A DNA stretch of 61,433 nt, the filler included, from an uncultured bacterium (GTDB lineage: Bacteria; Hinthialibacterota; Hinthialibacteria; Hinthialibacterales; Hinthialibacteraceae), in the NCBI GenBank assembly GCA_964449065.1. It is 5 parts of 5 records of this genome, joined end to end, with 100 filler letters (N's around TTAATTAATTAA, not from the genome) between each part and the next. Parts side by side here need not be neighbours in the genome. Positions count along the whole stretch, not along the records: positions 12,480 to 24,728 come from CAYVAZ010000148.1; positions 24,829 to 36,979 come from CAYVAZ010000149.1; 3 more parts are not named here. One strand, given 5' to 3'. Below the pieces are notes generated by a model that was given only the letters and a program-made list of their open reading frames with translations, made no database searches and was not told the DNA's origin. Shown piece after piece: positions 17,951 through 27,277 of the stretch (positions are counted from its first letter, which is position 1; the number at the start of each line of letters is the position of its first letter). Both the position numbers and the translations under genes were made by a program.

Positions 17951-18286
17951 TTATTTATTTGCGGATGATCCGTTCATTTCACGCATGGCAGTTCTAACCG
18001 CGTTTCTGATTTCTTTTTTTCTCTTTGAATCTACTAATCCAGCAGAAAGTACTTTTCGAATCATTTTGGCGTTTGTTGATGAACGGCCATACTGTTTCGT
18101 TGCCCGTACTTTCCCGTCTTTGCCATGAATAACAAGGCTGCCTTCACTTGAGTGAGCATGCTTCTGCCCATCGGATATCGCCTCTTTTTGTGTTGGATGA
18201 ACAGATGAATTTCTCTTGTGCCCTTCAACTTTAACTGCCCACCCATTTTTGTGAGGAATGACATGATATTGATTTCTTTTTGCCAT
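17951..18286 (-). CDS. DUF2188 domain protein
   Basis: HVIPHKNGWAVKVEG...TQKEAI...LVIHGKDGKVR; GGAAGAG RBS. Confidence 0.85.
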   Translation of the reverse strand: MAKRNQYHVIPHKNGWAVKVEGHKRNSSVHPTQKEAISDGQKHAHSSEGSLVIHGKDGKVRATKQYGRSSTNAKMIRKVLSAGLVDSKRKKEIRNAVRTAMREMNGSSANK

Positions 18287-18354
18287 TTTATCTCTTCCAT
18301 TGAGGTATTATTATAATTGCTATTATACACCATTCATGCAATGATGAAAGAATT

Positions 18355-19407
18355 TTAATATCTTCGTCCCAACAACTTATACTCACCCACCCCCCATATC
18401 ACCCCCAAGCCGCTGATGAAGGCGTCGATGATGTTCACCGGGATTCCGTTGGCGGCGAATGTAAGGCCGCGCTTTTTGATGAGGAAGATTGTAAACGGGG
18501 TGATGAAGTACAGGAAGAACCCGAATAGGAAGACCAATACAATCCACAGATTGGGTTCAATATAGAGGCAGGGAAATAGGATTAGAATTAAATACACAAT
18601 GGGTATCCTTGCCATGGTGGATTGCGAGTTGGTGCCGAAGTTTTCTTCATTGGGTTTGGGGGCATTGGTTTGTGGGGGGGCTTCACGGTTGCGCAGCATG
18701 AGTTTGGCCAGATCGCGTGAACGTAAGAATTGATTGCGGAGAAATCCCCAACCGGTTAACTTTTTGTTATGGATCACTTCCAGCGATGGGTCGAAATAGA
18801 TCTTGAAACCGTGTTCGGTTAGGTTTTTGCCGAGGGTGCGGTCTTCGACCGACGCGGTTTTGATTTGTTCATCAAAGCCGCCGCATTGATGAAAGGCGTT
18901 TTTCTTTACTGCTGTTATGGATGTAAAAGTGGTATCAATCCATTCAGGCAATTGGTTCAGGACGAAGCGGTTGTAGAAGTTTTTGTATTGCGAGAAGAAG
19001 TTGGGATGGGGGCACACATCCGAAAAGGTGCCCTGCACGGCATCGGCTTGGGTGCGCTGAAAGGTTCGCATCAAGCGGTGCAGCAGACGTTTTTGCACCC
19101 ACACATCGCTGTCGGTAAAAAGGAGCGTGTCATATTTCGCGTGTAAAGCGCCGTGGTTGCGGGCGGCTGCCGGGCCGCTGTTTTGTTCGAGTTTGGCGAT
19201 GCGCGCGCCGAATTCCTCGGCGATTTCACAGGTGTTATCGGTGGAGGCGTCATCCACCACAATGATTTCGTAAGCGGGGTAATCCATATTGAAAACGCTG
19301 TTGAGGGTATCCCGCAAGGTTTTGCTTCCATTATAGACGGGGATGATGACGGAGACGCCCCCGGCTTCGTTGGTATTGGCAAGTTTGGTTTTGGCTATGT
19401 CATTCAT
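18355..19407 (-). CDS. Glycosyltransferase family 2 with C-terminal TM helices
   Basis: VSVIIPVYN, VVDDASTD, GPAAARN, FTDSD and GGFDE...VED. Confidence 0.93.
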   Translation of the reverse strand: MNDIAKTKLANTNEAGGVSVIIPVYNGSKTLRDTLNSVFNMDYPAYEIIVVDDASTDNTCEIAEEFGARIAKLEQNSGPAAARNHGALHAKYDTLLFTDSDVWVQKRLLHRLMRTFQRTQADAVQGTFSDVCPHPNFFSQYKNFYNRFVLNQLPEWIDTTFTSITAVKKNAFHQCGGFDEQIKTASVEDRTLGKNLTEHGFKIYFDPSLEVIHNKKLTGWGFLRNQFLRSRDLAKLMLRNREAPPQTNAPKPNEENFGTNSQSTMARIPIVYLILILFPCLYIEPNLWIVLVFLFGFFLYFITPFTIFLIKKRGLTFAANGIPVNIIDAFISGLGVIWGVGEYKLLGRRY

Positions 19408-20537
19408 GTTGCTTTCCGTTTGAGGGTTTCGTCGTACATATCCATGACTTGGTTGGCCATGTGCCGCGAGGTGAACTCGCTGTTCACACGTTGCTTTGCA
19501 TTGCGGCCGAGATGCGCGGCTTGATCCGGCGTTGTTAGTAGATGTATAACAGCATTGCTGAGTTCATCAACTCGGTTGGGGGGGATGAGGATGCCTTCCC
19601 CCTCATGGTTGATGATGCTGGGAATGCCGCCCACACCGGTTGCAACAATAGGTAACCCTGCCGCCATGGCTTCGAGAATGGAGTACGGCACCCCTTCCGA
19701 GCGGGAGGAGCATACATACAAATCCATACCCGCCAAGTACTTCCAAACCTCATAGGTTTGACCCGCGAAGATGATACGCTCATTTAATCCTACAGAATTG
19801 GCCTGTTGTTCCAATTGTTTTCTTTGGCTTCCGTCTCCAACCAATACCAAACACGCTTTGGGAATTTTTTCATGGACGCGTTGAAATGCCTGGATCAAAA
19901 GGTCATAGGCTTTCACTTCTTCCAACCGGCCGGTGGTGCCGATGATGACGCTATCGGACGGCAGCTTGTATTGCGTTCGAATCCAATTTTTGTCCCGTGT
20001 TTCCAAGTTGTTTGGAATATCCACCCCGTTGATGATGGTGTAGATGTTCTTGGGCGGCAGGGGGATGCGGCTGATGTAGTCATGCAATTGCGGCGAAATG
20101 ACGTGTACCGCATCGGCGCGGCGCAGCAGAAAGTTGTTCCAACCATGCGAGACCCGCGCTTGGATGGGATTGGTGTAATCCGTGGTGTTGATGTTGGGCA
20201 GCGTGATGACCCAGGGGATATTGAGTTTATTGTGCACCAGCCATGCCAGGGTGTTGGAGCGGATGCCGAAGGTGTGGATGAGTTTGATGCCGTGTTTGCG
20301 TACGGCTTTCACGATTGCCCGGCCGGCTTGCAGGATCTCCGTACGGCTATTCATGGGAATGAATTCGGTATGATAGCCGTGTTCGATGGATTGTTTTTCC
20401 AGTTCTCCGTGGTTGGCAATAGGTGCTATGACGGGAACGTACCGCTGCGCATCGTATTTTGATGCCAACGTCAGCAAATGCCGTTCGGCACCGCCGAAGT
20501 TTCCGTCCACCCGGCAAAGTAATACGCGATTCGACAA
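19404..20537 (-). CDS. Glycosyltransferase family 4
   Basis: GGAERH, GRLEEVKAY, VGDG and EGVPYSILEAMAAG. Likely TTG start at 20537 after AGGGGA; the ORF is open to 20573. Confidence 0.92.
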   Translation of the reverse strand: MSNRVLLCRVDGNFGGAERHLLTLASKYDAQRYVPVIAPIANHGELEKQSIEHGYHTEFIPMNSRTEILQAGRAIVKAVRKHGIKLIHTFGIRSNTLAWLVHNKLNIPWVITLPNINTTDYTNPIQARVSHGWNNFLLRRADAVHVISPQLHDYISRIPLPPKNIYTIINGVDIPNNLETRDKNWIRTQYKLPSDSVIIGTTGRLEEVKAYDLLIQAFQRVHEKIPKACLVLVGDGSQRKQLEQQANSVGLNERIIFAGQTYEVWKYLAGMDLYVCSSRSEGVPYSILEAMAAGLPIVATGVGGIPSIINHEGEGILIPPNRVDELSNAVIHLLTTPDQAAHLGRNAKQRVNSEFTSRHMANQVMDMYDETLKRKAT

Positions 20538-20554
20538 TGGTTCATTTCCCCTTT

Positions 20555-20627
20555 GAAAATTGACAATTGACAATTGATAGTAAATAATGATCTATTATCC
20601 ATTAACCATTATCCATTATCAATTGAT
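20555..20627. repeat. Heptamer tandem repeats in inverted arrangement
   Basis: AATTGAC-AATTGAC-AATTGAT facing ATTATCC/ATTAACC/ATTATCC/ATTATCA. Confidence 0.6.
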
Positions 20628-21713
20628 ATGAGAATCTGTTATATCGGGGATGGGGAATCCATCCACAACCAATTTATGATCGACTGGTTTGTCTTGGCGG
20701 GGCATGAAGTATTTTTTTTGACCGACACGCCTGATCCCGTCAAAAACTGTGAGGTCAAGCAGGTCGCCCCCCGTCACGGCTTTAAGTATATGCGGCATCT
20801 GTATGCGTCATTCAACTGCTGGAGAGAAATCCGGCGGTGGAAGCCGGATATTGTTCACGCGCACAACCTGACGGGGTATGGCTATTGGGGGGCGTTGTGC
20901 GGATTTCACCCGCTGGTGATGACGGCTTGGGGCACGGATGTGAATGTGTATCCCCAGATGAGTTCGTTGTTCAAGTTTTTGATCCGCTTCTCGCTATTAA
21001 AGGCGGATTTGATCACTGCCGATGCCAAAGCGCTGTGTGAAGAAACCCGGTGTCTCATTGACAGTGACCGTGAAGTGCGGCTGCATCAATGGGGGGTGGA
21101 TCTCAAGCAGTTTGATACTCCTATTTCCAGCGAAGTGCAAACCAAAGCGCGCGAGAGCGCAGAATTCGTGTTTATCAGCAACCGGCGGCTGCGTGAGTTG
21201 TATAACATCGATAAGATCATCCAAGCGTTTGCGCGGGCATTGCCGCGAATGCCGAATACCAAACTCATCATTGTCGGTGACGATATTCAATCCGAAGAGT
21301 TAAAAGCAATGGCGGATAGATTGAGCGTGCGCGAGCGCATTTGGTTTACCGGATGGACCGAGCATCAAGAGATGATCGACGCGCTGCGGTCGGCGGATGC
21401 GTATATTTCCGTACCCAAAACCGACAGCACCGCGTTATCTCTGCTGGAAGCCTTTGCCGCGGGATTGCCGGTAATCGTCTCGGATTTAGAGGCGAATCAT
21501 GAGTGGATTGAGCATCAGAAGAACGGCTGGCTGGTGGAGCCCGGAAACGTGGATGCGCTTGCGGAAGCCATGATTTGGATGCGGAACCATCAGAAGGATA
21601 TCAAAGAGTGGGGCACTACTAACCGTCAAATTGTTGAAGAACGCGGCAACCGTGAGAATGAAATGCGCAAGTTGGAGGCGTGGTACCGGGAGTTGATTGA
21701 GCGGTTTCGATGA
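20628..21713 (+). CDS. Glycosyltransferase family 4
   Basis: MRICYIG, PDIVHAH, AWGTDV and DSTALSLLEAFAAGLPVIVSD. Confidence 0.92.
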   Translation: MRICYIGDGESIHNQFMIDWFVLAGHEVFFLTDTPDPVKNCEVKQVAPRHGFKYMRHLYASFNCWREIRRWKPDIVHAHNLTGYGYWGALCGFHPLVMTAWGTDVNVYPQMSSLFKFLIRFSLLKADLITADAKALCEETRCLIDSDREVRLHQWGVDLKQFDTPISSEVQTKARESAEFVFISNRRLRELYNIDKIIQAFARALPRMPNTKLIIVGDDIQSEELKAMADRLSVRERIWFTGWTEHQEMIDALRSADAYISVPKTDSTALSLLEAFAAGLPVIVSDLEANHEWIEHQKNGWLVEPGNVDALAEAMIWMRNHQKDIKEWGTTNRQIVEERGNRENEMRKLEAWYRELIERFR

Positions 21714-21844
21714 TTTTTTACAACCGCGAATGAACGCGAATAAAACGAATAATACCAACGCAATTCAGATTGTTGCATGTGGAAAACACCATTCTTTCGC
21801 TGGGCATATGCCGCGCTTACCACACATTTTAAAATTAAAAGGTA

Positions 21845-22456
21845 TTAGTTCTGTTCCGTTGATCTAGCTCCAATTAAATCTTGATAGATCACCCCATTGC
21901 TTTGTATTCCGTTTGAGGGATGGTAATAGAATGCTGGATACAGTGATCTGTTATCAAATGTTCCATCTGTTATATAAATTAATCCCATTACTTGCTTATT
22001 GTAAAGCCCTTTTGAGTAATGTTCGTCATATTTCCAGGGTACGAGAATGGAAAAGTTTTCAATTTTTTTTGAAGGATATTCACGCAAAAAGAAAATATTG
22101 CAATCGATTTGATATGAGTCGCCAAGATAATCCAAATTTTGATCCGCATATCCATATTGATTCATGATTTCCATGACTTCATTTACATTTTTACGATTGC
22201 TGTCCCGGAGAGTGAACCCTTCATGTTGCGTTACCCATGCGGCTACTTGTTGATCGACCAATTCCGGCGGCAGGTGCCCGTTGTGATCGGCATGATATTG
22301 GCGAAGGGCTTTGAATACCTCATCTAAATCGTTTTGGATGTATTGATCTGCCATGCTTCTCTGGGATCGAAGAAAGCGGGGGATGCTCCATACCGCTATG
22401 CAAACCAGCACAATCACAACGGCAAATAATTCAAGTGTTCGTTTTGAAAATTTCAT
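21845..22456 (-). CDS. Pilin/pseudopilin-like protein with a degenerate cleavage site
   Basis: MKFSKRTLELFAVVIVLVCIAVWSIPRF...ALRQYHADHNG resembles a GspG-type N-terminal helix; ATGA overlap with the upstream gene. Confidence 0.55.
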   Translation of the reverse strand: MKFSKRTLELFAVVIVLVCIAVWSIPRFLRSQRSMADQYIQNDLDEVFKALRQYHADHNGHLPPELVDQQVAAWVTQHEGFTLRDSNRKNVNEVMEIMNQYGYADQNLDYLGDSYQIDCNIFFLREYPSKKIENFSILVPWKYDEHYSKGLYNKQVMGLIYITDGTFDNRSLYPAFYYHPSNGIQSNGVIYQDLIGARSTEQN

Positions 22457-22866
22457 TCTGGTGAACCTGGTGTTTGAGGATTCTTTGTTTCTTTTCCTAA
22501 CGCTATATATGCCATCACAAACAGCACCGCTGTCAATGCGTCTATCAGCGCGAAGGGCTGCCACATCCAGGGAATGCCGGCGGTGAACCAATAAGCGAAA
22601 ACCACGCCTGAGTAGGATACCTTTAATCCGATGCCGTAAGGAATGAGTTTACGGTTCGCCGCCGGATCGCGGGCGATATTGAAAAACATCCAAGCATAGA
22701 TGATCAGCAAACAAGCGGGGAACTGCACATATCCCATGTGATTGGGCGGCGGGACATGGAACGAATGAAATATGGATTCCGGCATACTTAAAAATAACAA
22801 CCCCAAGATGCCGTCATACACCACCATTGCGGCAAATAGAATACGAATCCATAGATGCTTGCGCAT
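22453..22866 (-). CDS. Four-TM hypothetical membrane protein
   Basis: Four hydrophobic segments; GGGAG RBS. Confidence 0.75.
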   Translation of the reverse strand: MRKHLWIRILFAAMVVYDGILGLLFLSMPESIFHSFHVPPPNHMGYVQFPACLLIIYAWMFFNIARDPAANRKLIPYGIGLKVSYSGVVFAYWFTAGIPWMWQPFALIDALTAVLFVMAYIALGKETKNPQTPGSPE

Positions 22867-22877
22867 GATTGTTCTCC

Positions 22878-24194
22878 CTAGTTTTTCCGCGCGGGGCGCA
22901 AACAGTTCTTTTTAAAATGTTCACGGCGCGCCGCGGTGTGTTTTTCATCATATAATTTCACACCCAAGTTGCGAAACCCAATTTTTAATTGTTCCGCTGT
23001 CATTTTTTTCGGTATGTAGTTCACATCAAACAGCGTACACCGGTCCCATTGGTTGGGGTGCAGCAGACGGTTTTCACGCTCCAATCGCTTGTATAATGGT
23101 GTTCCAGGAAAAGGAGTCAGGATGGTGATTTGGACATCAAACGGCTTGGTTTCATGGACGAATTCGTACACTTCATCAAAGATGGTTTTGTCGTGTTCAT
23201 CCAGCCCGAAGATGAAACAGGCGTTCACGCGGATGCCGTGTGACTGCACTTCGCGGATGGCGTCGGGGTATTCTTCCCAGCGTTTGCGTTTCCAATCGGC
23301 TTTGAGTTCCATGCCGCGAAGCGATTTTTGATCGGGGCTTTCCAGCCCCAGCAGCACTTCAACACAGCCGCTTTCGCGCATCATTTCCAGCAGCTCGGCA
23401 TCTCTGTAAAGCGAGATATCGGTTTCGGTAAACCAGCGTATGCCGCGCTTTTTGATTTCGGGCAGCAGCTCCTTCCAATAGTGTTTGTTGATAATGGAGT
23501 TGTCATCGGCGAACTCGATAAAGGGGCGTTTCCATCGTTCTAAAATCTTGTCAATTTCTTCCAGTACCTTTTGCACTGGTTTTTGTTGGTAGTGGGATGT
23601 AAGCAGAACCGAGCTGGCGCAGAAGTCGCAGAGATGCGGGCAGCCGCGGCTGGTTTGTACCGTAAGGCGGTTGTATTTTTCGATGTCCAGCATTTCATAA
23701 GCAGGGATGGGGGCGTTGGCCAAATCGAAGCGTTCGCCGTTGTCACTGTACAGCGGTTTCAGGCCGCCATTGCCGGCGTCGTGCAATACTTCATGCCAGA
23801 CGGTTTCCCCCTCGCCGGTAATAACGGCATCACAGTATAAAGCCGCCTCTTGGGGCATCGAACTGACGTGCAGTCCGCCCATCACCACAGGAATGCCTTG
23901 TTTGCGGTATTCGCTGGCGGCCTGATAGGCTTCATTAATCTGGGCGCTAAAGCTGGAAATAGCCACCAGATCAAACCCGTTGGGAAGTTGTTTTACCTTG
24001 CGGATATCGTCGATCTCGTGATATTCGCATTCGTGTTCTTTGGGGGTCATCCCCGCCAGGGTTAACAGGCCCAGGCTGGGCAGGGACGCGATGACTTGGC
24101 TGCGTTCGACAAAGCCGGGCAGGGTTAAGCCAAGCCGTAGAAGTTCGGGGTCGCAGGCGCGAATCCCGCTCATGGCGATCAGTCCGATTTTCAT
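22878..24194 (-). CDS. B12-binding domain radical SAM protein
   Basis: LPSLGLLTLA, VVMGGLH, GEGE, TSRGCPHLCDFC (CxxxCxxC), FADDN and LTPFPGT; start MKIGLIAM with ATGA overlap. Confidence 0.93.
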   Translation of the reverse strand: MKIGLIAMSGIRACDPELLRLGLTLPGFVERSQVIASLPSLGLLTLAGMTPKEHECEYHEIDDIRKVKQLPNGFDLVAISSFSAQINEAYQAASEYRKQGIPVVMGGLHVSSMPQEAALYCDAVITGEGETVWHEVLHDAGNGGLKPLYSDNGERFDLANAPIPAYEMLDIEKYNRLTVQTSRGCPHLCDFCASSVLLTSHYQQKPVQKVLEEIDKILERWKRPFIEFADDNSIINKHYWKELLPEIKKRGIRWFTETDISLYRDAELLEMMRESGCVEVLLGLESPDQKSLRGMELKADWKRKRWEEYPDAIREVQSHGIRVNACFIFGLDEHDKTIFDEVYEFVHETKPFDVQITILTPFPGTPLYKRLERENRLLHPNQWDRCTLFDVNYIPKKMTAEQLKIGFRNLGVKLYDEKHTAARREHFKKNCLRPARKN

Positions 24195-24568
24195 GATAGC
24201 AGTCCAGTAAGAATAAAATGAAATACACCGATGATTAAGCACAATACAGGAATAAAAAACAAATGACGAAACGGCTTTTTCCATGCCGATAGAAAGCAAA
24301 CAGCGGGCATGGCAATTGCACCGGCATAAAGCATTGTTGAGGTGAGTGGAAAGAGTGCATCGGGAAAAAGTTCACGGGCGGTGAACCAAAACATCAGGTT
24401 AATAATCGCGGTACCGAAGAAAGAGATATGCCCCAAACGCAGCATTCGCCTGCGCCAAGAGTTGTACCCGCCCAACCAATCGTCGTCATGAAACCATAGA
24501 CCGATGACGGCACCCACCAGCAGGCCGGTGCCGATCCAAATCCATGCAAGAAGAAGGTTCAGGTCCAT
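24191..24568 (-). CDS. Small hypothetical membrane protein
   Basis: Hydrophobic helices, WLGGYNSWRRRMLRLGH; coupled to the radical SAM gene. Confidence 0.75.
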   Translation of the reverse strand: MDLNLLLAWIWIGTGLLVGAVIGLWFHDDDWLGGYNSWRRRMLRLGHISFFGTAIINLMFWFTARELFPDALFPLTSTMLYAGAIAMPAVCFLSAWKKPFRHLFFIPVLCLIIGVFHFILTGLLS

Positions 24569-24728
24569 AACAAAACGCTCTCAATCCGTCTATACAATTA
24601 TAACGCATAGGGTGATCTTTTGTCTTTATTTTTGTTAGATTTTAACTCATGTTACGCACTACATTATGATATACCCGTTTTTCTAATTTTTCGCTGAAAC
24701 TATCGCCCTCGCCCACCGGGAGAGGGAC

Positions 24729-24828
24729 NNNNNNNNNNNNNNNNNNNNNNNNNNNNNNNNNNNNNNNNNNNNTTAATTAATTAANNNNNNNNNNNNNNNN
24801 NNNNNNNNNNNNNNNNNNNNNNNNNNNN
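24729..24828. other. Artificial contig linker
   Basis: Same 100-nt N/TTAATTAATTAA spacer. Confidence 0.99.
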
Positions 24829-24879
24829 TGATTCAGTCGGAATCCATAGAATAGCCATTTATTATTATAGTAGAGGTGG

Positions 24880-26634
24880 ATGATGAAACGCTTTTTTCAA
24901 CTGAGTTTGGCCGCCGCGATATTCACGATGACTGGAGTATTTCCTCCAATAGGTGTTACTCAAGAAGTGTATATTTTCCCGGATGAGGCGGGCTATCTTC
25001 CGCTGTTTAACGGTTACAACCTGAAAGGTTGGGAAATGCAGTGGGAAGGCATTTGGCGGGCGGAGAACAATCAGATCATCGGGCGGCAAGACCCGGATGT
25101 GGGCGAAGATTCGTGGCTGTTTACCGAAAGCGAATGGGATGACTTCTCGCTGGAACTTGAGTTTCGTATGACGGAAAACTGTAACAGCGGTATCGGTATC
25201 CGAATGCCCAACGGAGTAGAAGGCAGGCCTTCACAGCACGGTTTTGAGATACAAATCAGCGATGTGGATGAACAGTTCCCGACCGGCAGTATTTTCAAGC
25301 ATGTATCCGCCGGCCAAAACTTGCATAAGACGACTGACTGGCACAAGCTGGCCATCGTCGCCGTTGGCGATCATATTATGGTGTATGTCAACCGCCAAAA
25401 AGTTGTCGATGCGCGTGTTGAAGGCTCGATGAAAGGCCGCATCGGCCTGCAAGTGCATGGCGGTGAGAAATTCGCGGATCAGATCGTACGCTTCCGCAAT
25501 ATCAAAATCAAAGACCTCAAACCGCAATACCAAGCCGCGGTGTCACCATTGCAGTTTAAAGCGCATCAAATCAATCGTTCATTAAACGAAGGCTCTGAAG
25601 TGGTGGATATCAACCGCGACGGCTTGCCCGATATCACCAGCGGCGATTTTTGGTACGAAGCGCCGGATTGGACACCGCACCAGTACCGCAATGTGCGTCT
25701 CAGCGGTGAGTTCGCCAACAAGTATGGTGAAATCGCGATGGACATCAACCAAGACGGCTGGATGGATATCATTTCCGGCGGGTGGTTTGTGCCGGAACTG
25801 ATTTGGTATGAAAACCCGGGAGACTTCTCGAACGATGTGATGTGGAAAACGCATGTCGTCAGTGATAATTTCCCCGGCACGGAAACACTTTTGCCTTGCG
25901 ATATAGACCGCGACGGCCGCACCGATTTGCTGATGAACCGCTATTACGAAAATGTTCCGGTTAAGTATCTGCGGTTTGTGGGGACGGATATAAGCGGGAC
26001 TGGTTTTGTTGAAGAACGGATTGGCTTGCAAGGACGTGGACACGGCATGGGGGTTGGCGATGTAAACGCGGACGGCCGGGTGGATATTTTGACCGGGCAT
26101 GGCTGGTATGAGAGTCCATTGAATCCGGTGGAGCAGCCCTGGGTATGGCATGGGAACTATGAAGCCCCTCACGCGGGGATACCCATGCAGGTGGATGATT
26201 TAAATGAAGACGGATTGCCCGATATTATATGGGGCTATGGTCATGATTTTGGGCTGTATTGGTTTGAGCAAACCCGCGACAGCGCCGGACGGCAGGCGTG
26301 GATTACCCATTTGATTGACGATACCTATTCGCAGCTGCATTGCGTGTTGTCGGAAGATTTGGACGGCGACGGCACCAACGATATCATCACCGGCAAGCGC
26401 TACCGCGGCCACAACGGCACCGATCCCGGAGCGAATGAACCGCAGTGCATCTTTTGGTATAAAGTCACCAAAGGACCCGATCCGCAGTTCACCAAGCACA
26501 TAATAACCTACAACGAAACCATCGGTATTGGCGCGGATTTGGGCGTAGCGGATTATGACCTCGACGGCGACAAAGATATCATCGCGGCAGGCAAATCGGG
26601 GTTGTATATTTTGGAAAATGTGACGGGGGAGTGA
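24880..26634 (+). CDS. Exported DUF1080 (3-keto-glycoside hydrolase-like) plus FG-GAP/VCBS repeat protein
   Basis: LFNGYNLKGW, NSGIGIR, GRIGLQVHG and FRNIKIK, then repeated DINxDGxxDI motifs. Confidence 0.88.
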   Translation: MMKRFFQLSLAAAIFTMTGVFPPIGVTQEVYIFPDEAGYLPLFNGYNLKGWEMQWEGIWRAENNQIIGRQDPDVGEDSWLFTESEWDDFSLELEFRMTENCNSGIGIRMPNGVEGRPSQHGFEIQISDVDEQFPTGSIFKHVSAGQNLHKTTDWHKLAIVAVGDHIMVYVNRQKVVDARVEGSMKGRIGLQVHGGEKFADQIVRFRNIKIKDLKPQYQAAVSPLQFKAHQINRSLNEGSEVVDINRDGLPDITSGDFWYEAPDWTPHQYRNVRLSGEFANKYGEIAMDINQDGWMDIISGGWFVPELIWYENPGDFSNDVMWKTHVVSDNFPGTETLLPCDIDRDGRTDLLMNRYYENVPVKYLRFVGTDISGTGFVEERIGLQGRGHGMGVGDVNADGRVDILTGHGWYESPLNPVEQPWVWHGNYEAPHAGIPMQVDDLNEDGLPDIIWGYGHDFGLYWFEQTRDSAGRQAWITHLIDDTYSQLHCVLSEDLDGDGTNDIITGKRYRGHNGTDPGANEPQCIFWYKVTKGPDPQFTKHIITYNETIGIGADLGVADYDLDGDKDIIAAGKSGLYILENVTGE

Positions 26635-27104
26635 TGGTATCGGTTTATCTTGAAACCACGATCATAAGTTATATCACTGCAAGACCGAGTAAAGATTTAA
26701 TTGTTGCGGCTCATCAATCGCTGACGCACGATTGGTGGGATAAAATGAGCGCAAATGTAGACTGTTTTATCTCACCGTATGTTGTGGAAGAAATTGCCGA
26801 AGGAGATGAGAAAGCCTCTCAGAAACGATTAGAATTCATTGAAAATATCCAATTGCTTGAAAATAATGTTGAAATACAATCTTTATCGATAAAGTATTTT
26901 GAAGAGTTCCAATTGCCATTGAAAGCAAAATTAGATGCGTCACATCTTGCTAGTGCGGTTTGGCATGAAATGGATTACCTTTTAAGTTGGAACTGTACGC
27001 ATATTGTAAGCGGCCGAATCCAAACGGAATTGACTAGAATCAATGATCAAATGAATTTAAAAACACCAGTATTGTGTACACCTGAAGAGTTAATGGAGGT
27101 TTAA
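26631..27104 (+). CDS. PIN-domain (VapC-like) toxin
   Basis: VYLETTIISY, DASHLASA, YLLSWNCTHI and TPEEL. Confidence 0.85.
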   Translation: MMVSVYLETTIISYITARPSKDLIVAAHQSLTHDWWDKMSANVDCFISPYVVEEIAEGDEKASQKRLEFIENIQLLENNVEIQSLSIKYFEEFQLPLKAKLDASHLASAVWHEMDYLLSWNCTHIVSGRIQTELTRINDQMNLKTPVLCTPEELMEV

Positions 27105-27107
27105 AAC

Positions 27108-27275
27108 ATGTGGGTAGATCCAATAGTTGATGAAGTGAGAAAAGCACGCATAAAAATTGAAAATGACTGTGATCATAATTGGGATAAGATTTTTCAACGA
27201 ATAAATGAAACGCAAGAGAAATATAAAAATCGACTGGTTTCTAGACCAGGGCTTGAAAAAGTAGAATCAAAATAA
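27108..27275 (+). CDS. 55-aa putative antitoxin (not in the ORF track)
   Basis: GGAGG RBS; MWVDPIVDEVRKARIKIENDCDHNWDKIFQRINETQEK..., directly after the PIN gene. Confidence 0.75.
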   Translation: MWVDPIVDEVRKARIKIENDCDHNWDKIFQRINETQEKYKNRLVSRPGLEKVESK

Positions 27276-27277
27276 CT

